Shown here: piece by piece, positions 28,530 through 38,250 of the stretch
Numbering within the stretch: the first letter of the stretch is position 1
Layout of the letters: every line of letters starts with the position of its first letter
DNA from: Ferruginibacter sp.
GTDB taxonomy: Bacteria > Bacteroidota > Bacteroidia > Chitinophagales > Chitinophagaceae
DNA: 56,787 nucleotides
Direction: 5' to 3'
Assembly (NCBI GenBank): GCA_039926825.1
Contig: JBDSWG010000145.1
Span: 1-56,787, forward strand
Notes under the pieces: model-generated
The model's input: only the letters and a program-made list of their open reading frames with translations
Told to the model about the DNA's origin: nothing
Database searches by the model: none
Position numbers and translations under genes: made by a program

Positions 28530-29030
28530 TTAGCGACTTAAATTCGGGGCCGCAGCAGATGTCTTATATAGTTTGTCACGCCTCACTTTATCCCAGTATT
28601 GCTTCGCAACAAATAACATCCCAAAACTTTCTCCCTCTTCTTTGCCTAAATGTTTATGATGCATTTTATGCGCCCAACGAATTGTACGGACATAAATATT
28701 TCTACTGCGGGTAAACCACCTAAAACGCTGGTGAATAATGACATCATGTACTAAAAAATAAGCCAGGCCATACATAGCAATTCCAAAACCAATTGCGGCT
28801 ACCCAGTACCGTTCGTTTTGCAGGCCGAGCATAATACATAACCAGCTGGGTATTGCAAAAATGAGGAAGAAGGCATCGTTTTTTTCGAAAAAACCCGGTT
28901 CGGGCTGGTGATGATCTTTATGCAAGTACCAAAGAAAGCCATGCATCACAAAACGATGGGTAAGCCACGTGATGGCTTCCATTAGCAAGAAAGTACCCAG
29001 TGTAATGCATATGTAAACTATCCAGTTCAT
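28530..29030 (-). CDS. crtZ: Beta-carotene hydroxylase
   Basis: His boxes HRFVMHGFLWYLHKDHH, FEKND, HDVIIHQR, HKMHH, SFGML. Confidence 0.92.
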   Translation of the reverse strand: MNWIVYICITLGTFLLMEAITWLTHRFVMHGFLWYLHKDHHQPEPGFFEKNDAFFLIFAIPSWLCIMLGLQNERYWVAAIGFGIAMYGLAYFLVHDVIIHQRFRWFTRSRNIYVRTIRWAHKMHHKHLGKEEGESFGMLFVAKQYWDKVRRDKLYKTSAAAPNLSR

Positions 29031-29692
29031 AAAAAAGTGCGGATAACAAGAAAAAACATTGCTTGTATCAATAACAAATTTACGGCGAATTTGTTTGCCT
29101 TTTCCCCTACGGCAAAATAGAAAACAGCCGCTAAAGCTGCACTGATAACGAACCAGCTGACATAATTATATACGGGGATTCCCGCTGCCCAGTTCCAGAA
29201 ATTTAATTTTATAGCAGCAGGCTCCAGTAACCAATCCAAAGCTACGGCCAGTAAAGCGGAATCGGTTATAATGGTCATTGCTTTGAGCCATTCAGGCGAC
29301 ACTTTGTCCGTCTTTTTATGGATGTTAGTGGCCAGCATATACATACTGACAGAAACACAATAGATAATAATAAACCAGTTAACACCAATTACCAGGGGAA
29401 CATTTTTAAAGGATGTACCCAGCACAGGCGTGTAACTATAATCTCCAAAAAACATTCCGGTAGAAGTGCCGGCAATTTCTGTTAGCATCCCTGTAATATA
29501 GCAGGCAACAAAGAAAATTATTAACCCGGGTTTTATTTTTTCCTGCACATAAAAAATAAGTACGGCCATCAGTACGAGGTTTATCCAGCTGAGAGAAGCA
29601 AACTGATTTACATCGTAAAAAAACATTCCGCATAAACCAATCAGGTGAAAAACAACTGCTATGCCGGTGGCAATTTTTTCTTTAATGGTCAT
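29027..29692 (-). CDS. cruF: Carotenoid 1,2-hydratase (CruF / DUF422 family)
   Basis: EIAGTSTGMFFGDYSY, VPLVIGVNW, DWLLEPAA, WNW, PVYNYVSW. Likely start MTIKEK at 29692 (ORF to 29875 overlaps crtD). Confidence 0.82.
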   Translation of the reverse strand: MTIKEKIATGIAVVFHLIGLCGMFFYDVNQFASLSWINLVLMAVLIFYVQEKIKPGLIIFFVACYITGMLTEIAGTSTGMFFGDYSYTPVLGTSFKNVPLVIGVNWFIIIYCVSVSMYMLATNIHKKTDKVSPEWLKAMTIITDSALLAVALDWLLEPAAIKLNFWNWAAGIPVYNYVSWFVISAALAAVFYFAVGEKANKFAVNLLLIQAMFFLVIRTFL

Positions 29693-31181
29693 GAGTGGTA
29701 TGTAAGGTTTTATTTCCTGCAATGCATTCAGCAACAATTTTTGCACTGTGCAGGCAAAGTGGTATGCCCCCGCCCGGGTGGACACTACCACCGCAGAAAT
29801 ATAAATTTTTAATGGCCCGGCTTTCATTTGGGTGGCGAAAAAAAGCCGCCAGGCGGGAATTGGAACTGGTACCATACAAAGAACCCATGAAGCTACCGGT
29901 TTCCATTTCCAGGTTACGGGGATCCTTAATGATTTCTGTTTCTATAAAATTTTCAATATCTGTATCCAGGCGTTCATTGATTATTTCAATAATTTTTTTC
30001 CTGGCTGCTACTATCCATTCCTCCCAGGGCTGCCCGGCGTTGGCGGGTACATTTATCATAACAAACCAATTACCGCAACCACCAGGTGCATGACCGGGCT
30101 CTTCCTCCGCTGTAATATTTATATAGACAGTAGGATCTCCCGGCAATTTTTTATGGATAAATATGTCATTAAATTCTTTACGATAATCTGCACTGAAGAA
30201 AATGTTATGTAAACCCAAGGCATCAAATTGTTTAGATATGCCCCAATAAAAAATCATTGCACTACTACTTCTCTCCTGCTTTAATAAGGCAGCTGCCCGG
30301 TTGGTATCCTGTAATAAATCCTGGTAAGTGAAATAGATATCTGCATTACTGATGACTGCATCCGCAAAAATATTTTCTCCCCCGCATACAATACCCCTGG
30401 CTTCACCATCTACATGAATGATTCTTTCTGCGGGACAATTTAAATGAAACTTTACACCTTTATAGCGGGCAAGATTGAATAACGCTTCCGCTACAGAACG
30501 CAGGCCACCCACCGGGTACCAGGTTCCTTCATTAAATTCCAGGTGAGGAATCACGCTTAGCATAGCGGGCGCCTGGTAAGGATTACTTCCGTTATATGTC
30601 GCATACCTGTCAAATAATTGCCTGGCATGGAGAGTAGAAAAGTTTTTTTTATTGTACTTGCCCAGGGTAGAAGTCAACCAGGATATTCGCAAAGCACCTA
30701 AAGCTTTCAATACCCGGGCATGCAACCATGTACTTCGACGGTGCAGGCTATAATTTAAAAAAATATATGCTATGCGGTTATAGAGTTTAGCAGAGCGGCC
30801 AAGATATTTTTTAATACTATCTTTATTTTCTCCCAGCTTTTCATTCATCTCTGCCGCAAATTTTTCAACGTCTGAATAACCGGTTACGTTTTTCCCATCT
30901 GCAAAAAAATAATTACAGGCTACTTCAATTTTACGGTATTTAAGGTAGTAATATATGTCCTCACCAGCCAGGCTGAATATTTCTTCTACCAATTTTGGTT
31001 GTGTAAATAAAGAAGGCCCATAATCAAAGCGATAACCATCTTTTTCCAGCACAGCCATTTTGCCCCCGGCATAATCATTTTTTTCATAAATCTCAACAGC
31101 AAAGCCTTGCACAGACAAACGAATGCTGGCGGCCAGTGCGGCAATTCCGCTGCCAATAATGATAATTTTTTTTCGATGCAT
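29682..31181 (-). CDS. crtD: 1-hydroxycarotenoid 3,4-desaturase
   Basis: IIGSGIA FAD-binding motif, FDYGPSLFT, RYATYNGSNPY, GSLYGTSSN, GGSVHPGGGIPLCL. Likely start MHRKK at 31181. Confidence 0.88.
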   Translation of the reverse strand: MHRKKIIIIGSGIAALAASIRLSVQGFAVEIYEKNDYAGGKMAVLEKDGYRFDYGPSLFTQPKLVEEIFSLAGEDIYYYLKYRKIEVACNYFFADGKNVTGYSDVEKFAAEMNEKLGENKDSIKKYLGRSAKLYNRIAYIFLNYSLHRRSTWLHARVLKALGALRISWLTSTLGKYNKKNFSTLHARQLFDRYATYNGSNPYQAPAMLSVIPHLEFNEGTWYPVGGLRSVAEALFNLARYKGVKFHLNCPAERIIHVDGEARGIVCGGENIFADAVISNADIYFTYQDLLQDTNRAAALLKQERSSSAMIFYWGISKQFDALGLHNIFFSADYRKEFNDIFIHKKLPGDPTVYINITAEEEPGHAPGGCGNWFVMINVPANAGQPWEEWIVAARKKIIEIINERLDTDIENFIETEIIKDPRNLEMETGSFMGSLYGTSSNSRLAAFFRHPNESRAIKNLYFCGGSVHPGGGIPLCLHSAKIVAECIAGNKTLHTTHDH

Positions 31182-31188
31182 TTTATAA

Positions 31189-31710
31189 TCAACCCTGGGA
31201 ACCTGCAAGATACTCTACCAACTTAGGAAATGCAATTCTGAACCAGGCTGTATAGTTTTCCGGAAAAATTTCCAGGCCCTGAGCAATTTCATCAATACTT
31301 ACATACTTCCAGGTTTTTACTTCTTCTTCTGCTGCCACAATATCACCTTCATATAAGCCTGTAAATACATGATCATATTCATGTTCAGATAAATCATTAT
31401 CAAAATGGCATTGGTAAGTAAATTTAAAAGCCGGTTTCAGAAAGGTGGCAAAGCCCATTTCCTCCTGCAGGCGTCGTGTGGCAGCCGGTAGCGTTTCTTC
31501 ACCGGGAGCCGGGTGGCTACAGCAGGCATTCGTCCACAATCCCGGGCTATGATATTTTCTATCAGCCCTTTGTTGCAATAGCATATCCCCATTTTTATTG
31601 AAAATGAATATGCTGAACGCACGGTGCAAAAGCCCCTTTTCATGTACTTCCAGTTTTTCCATAGTACCGACAGGCACATCATTTTCATCTACCAGGATAA
31701 CATCAGGCAA
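31189..31710 (-). CDS. idi: Isopentenyl-diphosphate delta-isomerase (type 1)
   Basis: VILVDEND, LHRAFSIF, LLQQRA, WTNACCSHP, RRLQEEMG, EHEYDHVF, YTAWF. Likely TTG start at 31710. Confidence 0.95.
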   Translation of the reverse strand: MPDVILVDENDVPVGTMEKLEVHEKGLLHRAFSIFIFNKNGDMLLQQRADRKYHSPGLWTNACCSHPAPGEETLPAATRRLQEEMGFATFLKPAFKFTYQCHFDNDLSEHEYDHVFTGLYEGDIVAAEEEVKTWKYVSIDEIAQGLEIFPENYTAWFRIAFPKLVEYLAGSQG

Positions 31711-31720
31711 GGTTAAAATT

Positions 31721-32557
31721 TTAAAAGAGGTTAAGCTGGCTTCGCAAGCCGGCACGCATTATTATAAAAGCTTTGGAATAATTCGGAATGCGGATTCTTT
31801 CTTCCATTAACACGGAGGCATTAGCCTTTTTTATTTTGCGAAACAGCGATAAATAATATTTATATGCCACATAAACCCCAAAACGGGCTTTAGCTGGCAA
31901 GTGAACAATACCTTCCCAGGCATCATTAAAATCCTTTTCAATTTCCTCCTCAATATTTCGTTTAGCCGCTACAGTGAAATTATTAAAATCAACCCCGGGG
32001 AAATAAGTGCGGTTCAGCTGCTGGTAGTCTGCTTTTACATCCCGAAGGAAATTTACTTTTTGAAACGCGGCACCCAGGGACCGTGCCGCAGGTTTTAATT
32101 TGTTGAAAAGCATCTTATCTCCTTCGCAAAAAACATGCAGGCACATCAGGCCCACTACTTCAGCACTTCCATATATATATTCCTGGTAAAGAGAAGCATC
32201 ATATTCCTGCTCATGCAGATCAAACTCCATGCTTTTAAAAAATGATTCGATAAGTGGAATTTCAATTTCATATTTATTTACGGTGCGCTGGAAACTGTGC
32301 AGGATAGGATTAAGGCTGATTTTCTCATCTAAAGCCTGGTAAGTTTCCAGGCGAAAACGTTGAAGAAGTTTTGCCTGGTCATGCCCATGAAAAGTATCTA
32401 CAATTTCATCTGCAAAACGTACAAAACCATAAATATTATGAATGGGCGTACGTAAGTCACGATGCAACAGGTTTATGGCACTGCAGAATGATGTACTGTA
32501 CAGTTGGGTTGTCATCCGGCTGCACTGCTCACTCACTTTATGGAAGAGCTGCATCAT
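31721..32557 (-). CDS. crtB: Phytoene synthase
   Basis: YSTSF, IYGFVRFADEIVD, YIYGSAEVVGLMCL, FQKVNFLRD, RTYFP. Confidence 0.95.
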   Translation of the reverse strand: MMQLFHKVSEQCSRMTTQLYSTSFCSAINLLHRDLRTPIHNIYGFVRFADEIVDTFHGHDQAKLLQRFRLETYQALDEKISLNPILHSFQRTVNKYEIEIPLIESFFKSMEFDLHEQEYDASLYQEYIYGSAEVVGLMCLHVFCEGDKMLFNKLKPAARSLGAAFQKVNFLRDVKADYQQLNRTYFPGVDFNNFTVAAKRNIEEEIEKDFNDAWEGIVHLPAKARFGVYVAYKYYLSLFRKIKKANASVLMEERIRIPNYSKAFIIMRAGLRSQLNLF

Positions 32558-34038
32558 ATTTTACCTACATTTTTCATAATTAATTCTGCTGTAATTTCCC
32601 CGCTGATAAGAGACGGAGGCACACCCGGGCCTGGTACTGTTAGTTGCCCTGTGTAATATAAATTATCAAGTTTTTTATTTTTTAAAGATGGTTTTAATAT
32701 GGCTGTTTGCATCAGTGTGTTGGCCAGGCCATAAGCATTGCCTTTAAAAGCATTATAATCATTTACGAAATCCTGCACGGCATAAGTTTTTTTATAAATA
32801 ATATTATCTGTAATCTGCTGTCCCGTATGCTTTTCATACCTGCTCACAATCATTTTAAAATATTTCTCCCTTAACTCCTCCGTATCATTCTCCAGCCCTG
32901 CGGCTACGGGTATGAGGAAAAACAAATTTTCCATACCGTCAGGGGCTACTGTATCATCGCTTACAGATGGCGCACATACATAAAATAAAGGTTCTGCAGG
33001 CCAGCGGGGATTTTTATAAATTTCTTTTCCGTGCTCCTCAAAATCCACATCAAAAAATAACGAATGATGGGTAATGCCTTCCAGTTTTTTATTTAACCCT
33101 ACATAATATAAAAGGCAGGATGGCGCCATTGTTCGTGATTCCCAGTATTTGTCGTCGTAGTTGCGCATATTTACTGGTAATAAACTTTCCATAAAGTGAT
33201 AATCTGCTGCTCCCACCACTATGTCAGATTCATGCGTTTCTGTGCTGTTTCCATTTTGTGTAAGGACCCCAGTAATTTTTTTTCCCTGTGTTTTAAGTCC
33301 GGAAACCTTTTTATTATATAAAAATTTCACACCGGCACCTTCTGCTACTTTCTCCATCGCCTCTACTATTTTATGCATGCCTCCTGTAGGATACCAGGTT
33401 CCGAGTTTTATATCGGCATAATTCATAAGGCTATATAAAGCCGGGATATTTTCCGGTAAAGCCCCAAGAAATAAAACCGGGAATTCCATGAGCTGACGCA
33501 GTGCCGGGTGCTTAAAATATTTTCTCACGTGCTTACGCATAGAAGTAAATACATCTAGTTTAAATATGCCTCTTAAAATATCTGAATCTACAAATTCGGA
33601 AATTGATACCCCGGGTTTATAAACCAGTTTATGCATACCTACTTCATATTTGTATTTCCCTTCTTCTAAAAATGCCTCAAGCCTCTCCCCACTACCCGGC
33701 TCCCATTCTTCAAATAACTTTTTAAGGTCACCAAAATTTGCCGGAATATTCATAATACCATCCTTTCGATAAATTCTATAAGAAGGATCCAGGCGGTGCA
33801 GCTCATAATGATCTTTTACATCAAACCCAAAGTTTCTGAAATACCGCTCAAAAACATCCGGCATCCAATACCAGCTAGGGCCCATATCAAACATAAAGCC
33901 TTCTGCAGAAAATTTTCTTGCCCGGCCACCTGCAATATTATGTTGCTCCAGCACTGTGACATCCCAACCTCCTTTCGAAAGATAAGAAGCAACAGAAATA
34001 CCTGCAAACCCCGCCCCTATTACAATTGCCTTTTTCAC
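32554..34038 (-). CDS. crtI: Phytoene desaturase (GTG start)
   Basis: VIGAGFAG, FDMGPSWYWMPD, LEFPVLFLG-like motif (MEFPVLFLG), GNAYGLANTL, GQLTVPGPGVPP. Confidence 0.94.
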   Translation of the reverse strand: MKKAIVIGAGFAGISVASYLSKGGWDVTVLEQHNIAGGRARKFSAEGFMFDMGPSWYWMPDVFERYFRNFGFDVKDHYELHRLDPSYRIYRKDGIMNIPANFGDLKKLFEEWEPGSGERLEAFLEEGKYKYEVGMHKLVYKPGVSISEFVDSDILRGIFKLDVFTSMRKHVRKYFKHPALRQLMEFPVLFLGALPENIPALYSLMNYADIKLGTWYPTGGMHKIVEAMEKVAEGAGVKFLYNKKVSGLKTQGKKITGVLTQNGNSTETHESDIVVGAADYHFMESLLPVNMRNYDDKYWESRTMAPSCLLYYVGLNKKLEGITHHSLFFDVDFEEHGKEIYKNPRWPAEPLFYVCAPSVSDDTVAPDGMENLFFLIPVAAGLENDTEELREKYFKMIVSRYEKHTGQQITDNIIYKKTYAVQDFVNDYNAFKGNAYGLANTLMQTAILKPSLKNKKLDNLYYTGQLTVPGPGVPPSLISGEITAELIMKNVGKI

Positions 34039-34068
34039 TCGTCTAAAATTAGGTTTTGCCCGCTGACT

Positions 34069-34566
34069 TTATTCATACCGCACCAATTTTTCTTTCAGAA
34101 GTTTTCGGGCAAAATGTATCCGGCTTTTTATCGTACCCAGGGGTTCATTCATTAGCGCAGCGATTTCATTGTATTTAAATCCTTCGAAATATAAAATGAA
34201 TGGCTCACTGAAAATTTTCGGAATATTATAAAGTGCTTCTTTAATTTCTTTCAACCTTATATTGGTATCGGCCATATTAGGAACTGAAGAACGCTGATGA
34301 TTGAGGTATAAATCATTTCCTGAATTATCCAATACCAATCGATTCCGGGATTTACGGCGGTAATCATTGATAAAAATATTACGCATGATGGTGTACATCC
34401 AGGCTTTTATATTAGTACCCGTACGGTACTTCTCATTATTTGCCAAAGCCCTGTACATCGTTTCCTGCATCAAGTCCCTGGCATCTTCACTATCTTTTGT
34501 AAGCGTAAAAGCAAAAGATTTAAGGGCGTCAGAGTTATTAATCACCACCTCAGAAAAATTTCTCAT
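34069..34566 (-). CDS. ECF RNA polymerase sigma factor
   Basis: DARDLMQETMYRA, AWMYTIMRNIFINDYRR, GFKYNEIA, PLGTIKSRIHFARK. Confidence 0.93.
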   Translation of the reverse strand: MRNFSEVVINNSDALKSFAFTLTKDSEDARDLMQETMYRALANNEKYRTGTNIKAWMYTIMRNIFINDYRRKSRNRLVLDNSGNDLYLNHQRSSVPNMADTNIRLKEIKEALYNIPKIFSEPFILYFEGFKYNEIAALMNEPLGTIKSRIHFARKLLKEKLVRYE

Positions 34567-34636
34567 TTGAACTATTGTTTAATGTTTTATGGTATAAAGT
34601 TAAACAATTTTTTGGCCAAAAAAAATATTTTTTTAA

Positions 34637-35521
34637 TTAATTGAGTAATTCTATCACTTTCATAACCTCCTGCAATGATTTTTTAATAAAAACAGGTGCC
34701 TGTATTTTGGACTCGAAACGCTGGGTAACCATGCCGGAAATATAAAGGGGACGATGTTGGGTAATTTTTTTCATATAAGAAACGAAATTACCCAGGTTAA
34801 AGGAAGGGTGGCTGTTAGACGTAAGATGGGTAAAAATGCAATCAGGGTTTTTCAGATCAATTATATATGCAAGATCCTTACGTGGTACATTGGTACCGAG
34901 ATAATATATTTTTGCACCGCGGGTTTTTAAAATGTATTGCAGATACAACAACGCAATTTCATGATGTTCCCCTTCTGGTAAAAAAAGTACAACTGAAGTT
35001 TTGAGCATGCGAATGGGCTGCGTTGTTTCAATACCCATTATAAGTTTTTGCCTGATAATATTGGACACAAGGTGCTCCTGTGCTGGGTTTATATAATTTG
35101 TTTGCCAGAGTACACCTATCTTTTCCAGGAAGGGGAAAATGATATGGCTGATGGCCCGTTCTATGCCGCGGGAAAGAATATATGAATCCAGGAGTTTTTC
35201 AAATTCCTCAATATTGAGGTCTATCATATGCTTTACCAGTTCATTTACCAACCTTTCCTGCTGGGCTTCCTGGGGCGAAAGTGATAAAATATTCTCGCGT
35301 ATCTGCTGTCCGCTCATTTTATCAATATGAGAAATCTTGAAGCCATTTTTGTTGAGAAGGGAAATATTAAGAATGGTTTTCAGTTCTTCGTTACTGTAGT
35401 AACGAATATTGGTATCTGTACGCTGGGGTTTTAAAAAATTATATCGTTGCTCCCATATCCGGAGGGTATGCGCTTTTATACCCGATAGTTGTTCCAGGTC
35501 TTTTATAGTGAAATTATCCAT
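34637..35521 (-). CDS. MerR family regulator with B12-binding domain (CarH/LitR type)
   Basis: MerR HTH (FTIKDLEQLSGIKAHTLRIWEQRY, RYYS), W-x9-EH motif (WQTNYINPAQEH), EHHEIA, YYLG. Located upstream of the crt genes. Confidence 0.88.
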   Translation of the reverse strand: MDNFTIKDLEQLSGIKAHTLRIWEQRYNFLKPQRTDTNIRYYSNEELKTILNISLLNKNGFKISHIDKMSGQQIRENILSLSPQEAQQERLVNELVKHMIDLNIEEFEKLLDSYILSRGIERAISHIIFPFLEKIGVLWQTNYINPAQEHLVSNIIRQKLIMGIETTQPIRMLKTSVVLFLPEGEHHEIALLYLQYILKTRGAKIYYLGTNVPRKDLAYIIDLKNPDCIFTHLTSNSHPSFNLGNFVSYMKKITQHRPLYISGMVTQRFESKIQAPVFIKKSLQEVMKVIELLN

Positions 35522-35544
35522 GTAGCAGCATTGTAGATAAGGAA

Positions 35545-35552
35545 CAAAACTA
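35545..35552 (-). promoter_or_regulatory. Bacteroidota -7 promoter element TAGTTTTG for the MerR/CarH gene
   Basis: CAAAACTA on the + strand, 23 nt upstream of the start. Confidence 0.55.
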
Positions 35553-35585
35553 ACACGGAAATTGTTTAAACTATCAGAAAATAAA

Positions 35586-36719
35586 TTAAACAGCGGCAGG
35601 AGGGTGAATTTCTTCTATGGCGTTGATGTAGGCGTCTATTACCAGTTGTTTGGCAAACTTCTTTACCGTTATTTTACGGGCATTAGTGCCCAATCGCTTC
35701 CGCTCACTTTCAGGAAGCTGAAGCATTTTTTCCATTTTATCTGCCAGGTCCTGACTATTCTTTACTTCGCAGAGAAAACCATTTACCCCATCTTCTATAA
35801 CATCGCGGCAACCGGTTACATTAGTTGTTATGCAGGGCCGCTCCATACTTCCTGATTCCAACAAAACTCCGCTCATCCCTTCCCGGTAGGAAGGTAATAC
35901 AATGCAATCTGCCTCTGCAATAAAGGGACGCACATCATCTGCAGCACCCAGGTATTTAATTATGCCTTGCTCTACCCAGCCAACAATATCTTTTTCCGTA
36001 ATGATATTTTCTTTCAGGTTCTGGGAGTAATAAGGCCCCAGAACCTGGAATTCAACATGATTATATTTTTCCCTTAATATACTCGCTGCTTCTACATATT
36101 CAATAATGCCTTTGTCTTTTATGAGACGGCTGATGAATAAAAACTTAAAAATTTCTGATGAAGATTGTTTTTCCCGTGGTTGAAAATATTCGTAATCTAC
36201 ACCAGAGCCAGGTAAAAGACCCACCACTTCCGGGCGGATGAATTTTTTATCAATAAATATTTTCATATCATCCCGATTCTGAAAAAAAACTTTTCGCGTT
36301 TTCCTGAGAACATATTTATATAATGTACGGGCAACTGCATAAGCCAGGCTTTTACTTTCTGCCAGTGGGCCAATACCCGTAATGTTAGTAATGGTAGGAA
36401 TGCCGAGGCTGCGGGTAACCATATTTCCCCATATGGCCGGCCGCATAGTAAAGGTGCAACACACATCAGGTTTCAGTTCCAGGAGTGCTTTGCGGATGTT
36501 ATAAATATAACGGGCAATATCAGCTGGGTTTGTATTACTCGTTCCAATGTCAATCACCTGGAATCCTTTTTCGCGTGCTTTGTTTAATTCCTGTTTGCTT
36601 CCGGCAGAAAGTATGGTTACGTTATATCCATATTCCATAAGCGCAGTGGTAAATTTCCTGCGTACGGTATTAGCAGAAATAATATGATTCTCCACCAGGA
36701 TAATGTTCTTCTTCTCCAT
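35586..36719 (-). CDS. Glycosyltransferase family 4
   Basis: NITGIG, FFQNRDD, PGSGVD, FISRLIKDKGIIEY, VLPSYREG, TTNVTGCRDVI. Confidence 0.92.
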   Translation of the reverse strand: MEKKNIILVENHIISANTVRRKFTTALMEYGYNVTILSAGSKQELNKAREKGFQVIDIGTSNTNPADIARYIYNIRKALLELKPDVCCTFTMRPAIWGNMVTRSLGIPTITNITGIGPLAESKSLAYAVARTLYKYVLRKTRKVFFQNRDDMKIFIDKKFIRPEVVGLLPGSGVDYEYFQPREKQSSSEIFKFLFISRLIKDKGIIEYVEAASILREKYNHVEFQVLGPYYSQNLKENIITEKDIVGWVEQGIIKYLGAADDVRPFIAEADCIVLPSYREGMSGVLLESGSMERPCITTNVTGCRDVIEDGVNGFLCEVKNSQDLADKMEKMLQLPESERKRLGTNARKITVKKFAKQLVIDAYINAIEEIHPPAAV

Positions 36720-36739
36720 CTTGCATTTTTCGCCGGCTG

Positions 36740-36747
36740 CAAATATA
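36740..36747 (-). promoter_or_regulatory. Bacteroidota -7 promoter element TATATTTG for the GT4 gene
   Basis: CAAATATA on the + strand, 20 nt upstream of ATG 36719. Confidence 0.55.
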
Positions 36748-36886
36748 TTTCATTATTGCTTCAAAAGGCTATAAGATGCCAACGGCACTGATAGAAGCTT
36801 AAACATATAACATGCACAGCTTGAAATAATTTACAATAAATTTGTTTCAAAGGCTTAGAAGCCTTTCACATATATATTAATCCAAT

Positions 36887-38236
36887 ATGGGTTTTCTTGA
36901 TATAATTTTATTCATCGTATATGTAGCACTCTTTTATATTTTTTTTCGGTGGCGCCGCAAAAGAATCCAGAACCCTTTACTGCAACGATATCATTATTGG
37001 GCCTTTTGGGCAAAAATTTTTGCCACTTTCGCTATCACCATATTTAATTTTTATATATCTCCCGGCGATTCTACTATTTTATTCTATACAGAAGGTGTAA
37101 ATATTTATAAATTGATTCTGAAAGATGCCATGCATTTTAAATGGCTGTGGCTCCCCGGCCAGGACTTTGATCTGACCTATGTGTACAATTATGGCAATGT
37201 GGGTTACTTCCCTAACCCTGCTAACTATTTCATCATTAAGACAGTAGCCATCTTCTCTTTCTTCGGTTTTGGACGATATAGCGTGATTCAATTATTTTTT
37301 TCCATGATTGCATTTTCAGGCATTTGGAAATTATTTTATTTTTTTTACGAGTTATATCCCACCCTCCATAAAAGGTTGGCAGTGGCTATACTTTTTTTTC
37401 CCACAGTTCTTTTTTGGAGTTCCGGCATTCTTAAAGATCCAATATGTATGGGAATGCTGGGATGGCTTACCTGGTCAATATACCAGGGCATTCATAAAAA
37501 GAAAAACCCGGTGAGAAATTTAATTATTGCCGGTATAAGTGGGTATATCCTGGGCATTGTGAAACCCTATATTCTCTTCGCTTACCTGCCATTTTATATT
37601 TTATTTATTATACTTACTAATATTCACCTTATAAAAAATACAGTGCTGAAGGGCGTAGCATTTGTTTTCATTATTGCCTTCAGTATTGGCGGATTTCTTT
37701 TAATTTCTGACAGGCTCGAAGAGGAAATGGGATTTTTCGCCATAGAAAAATTAGCTGAATCGGTAAAGGCGCAGCAGCGGGGCTTTATCAACATGTCTGA
37801 CATTGCTGAAAGTTCTTTTTCACTTGGTGTAGAATACGACGGCTCGGCCGGCAGCCTGGTGCGCATTGCCCCGGCTGCTATAAATGCAACGTTGTTCCGT
37901 CCCTACATTTGGGAATCGAAAAAAGTTTCTACGTTACTTTCATCACTGGAAAGCCTGATGCTGATGTTTTTTACATTGTACGTATTTTACCGTGCCGGCC
38001 CAATTCGTTTTTTCCGCCTTATCATTCAGAAGCCGATGATATTATTTTGTTTCACCTATTCTATTATGTTCTCTCTATTCATAGGTGCCACCACGCTCAA
38101 CTTCGGAACCCTGGTGAGATATAAAATTCCGGCTATACCATTTTACCTTATTGCGCTAATTTTAATTCTTCATTTTAGTACTTCAAAAAAAATAAGGCCC
38201 GCTGGTAAAGGCGGGCCAAGTGTGGTTTCAGAGTAA
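36887..38236 (+). CDS. Polytopic membrane protein, GT-C/Wzy-like (paralogue 1 of 3)
   Basis: About 10-11 TM segments. GDS..FY, FWSSGILKDP, FRPYIWE, NFGTLVRYKIP. Polysaccharide-locus context. Confidence 0.6.
   Translation: MGFLDIILFIVYVALFYIFFRWRRKRIQNPLLQRYHYWAFWAKIFATFAITIFNFYISPGDSTILFYTEGVNIYKLILKDAMHFKWLWLPGQDFDLTYVYNYGNVGYFPNPANYFIIKTVAIFSFFGFGRYSVIQLFFSMIAFSGIWKLFYFFYELYPTLHKRLAVAILFFPTVLFWSSGILKDPICMGMLGWLTWSIYQGIHKKKNPVRNLIIAGISGYILGIVKPYILFAYLPFYILFIILTNIHLIKNTVLKGVAFVFIIAFSIGGFLLISDRLEEEMGFFAIEKLAESVKAQQRGFINMSDIAESSFSLGVEYDGSAGSLVRIAPAAINATLFRPYIWESKKVSTLLSSLESLMLMFFTLYVFYRAGPIRFFRLIIQKPMILFCFTYSIMFSLFIGATTLNFGTLVRYKIPAIPFYLIALILILHFSTSKKIRPAGKGGPSVVSE
38185..38217 (-). terminator. 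Intrinsic terminator for the GT2 gene, located inside the 3' end of the convergent CDS
   Basis: GGCCCGC-tggtaaag-GCGGGCC with an A-rich tract on its left (U-tract on the minus strand). Confidence 0.6.
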
Positions 38237-38250
38237 AAATATTTAACGGC

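Noticed and set aside
29693-29875. Long N-terminal extensions in the ORF track (cruF, serC, idi, MFP, TetR, GT2, methyltransferase, rfbB)
   Set aside because: They overlap upstream genes or promoters. Family homology begins at the downstream starts given in the features.
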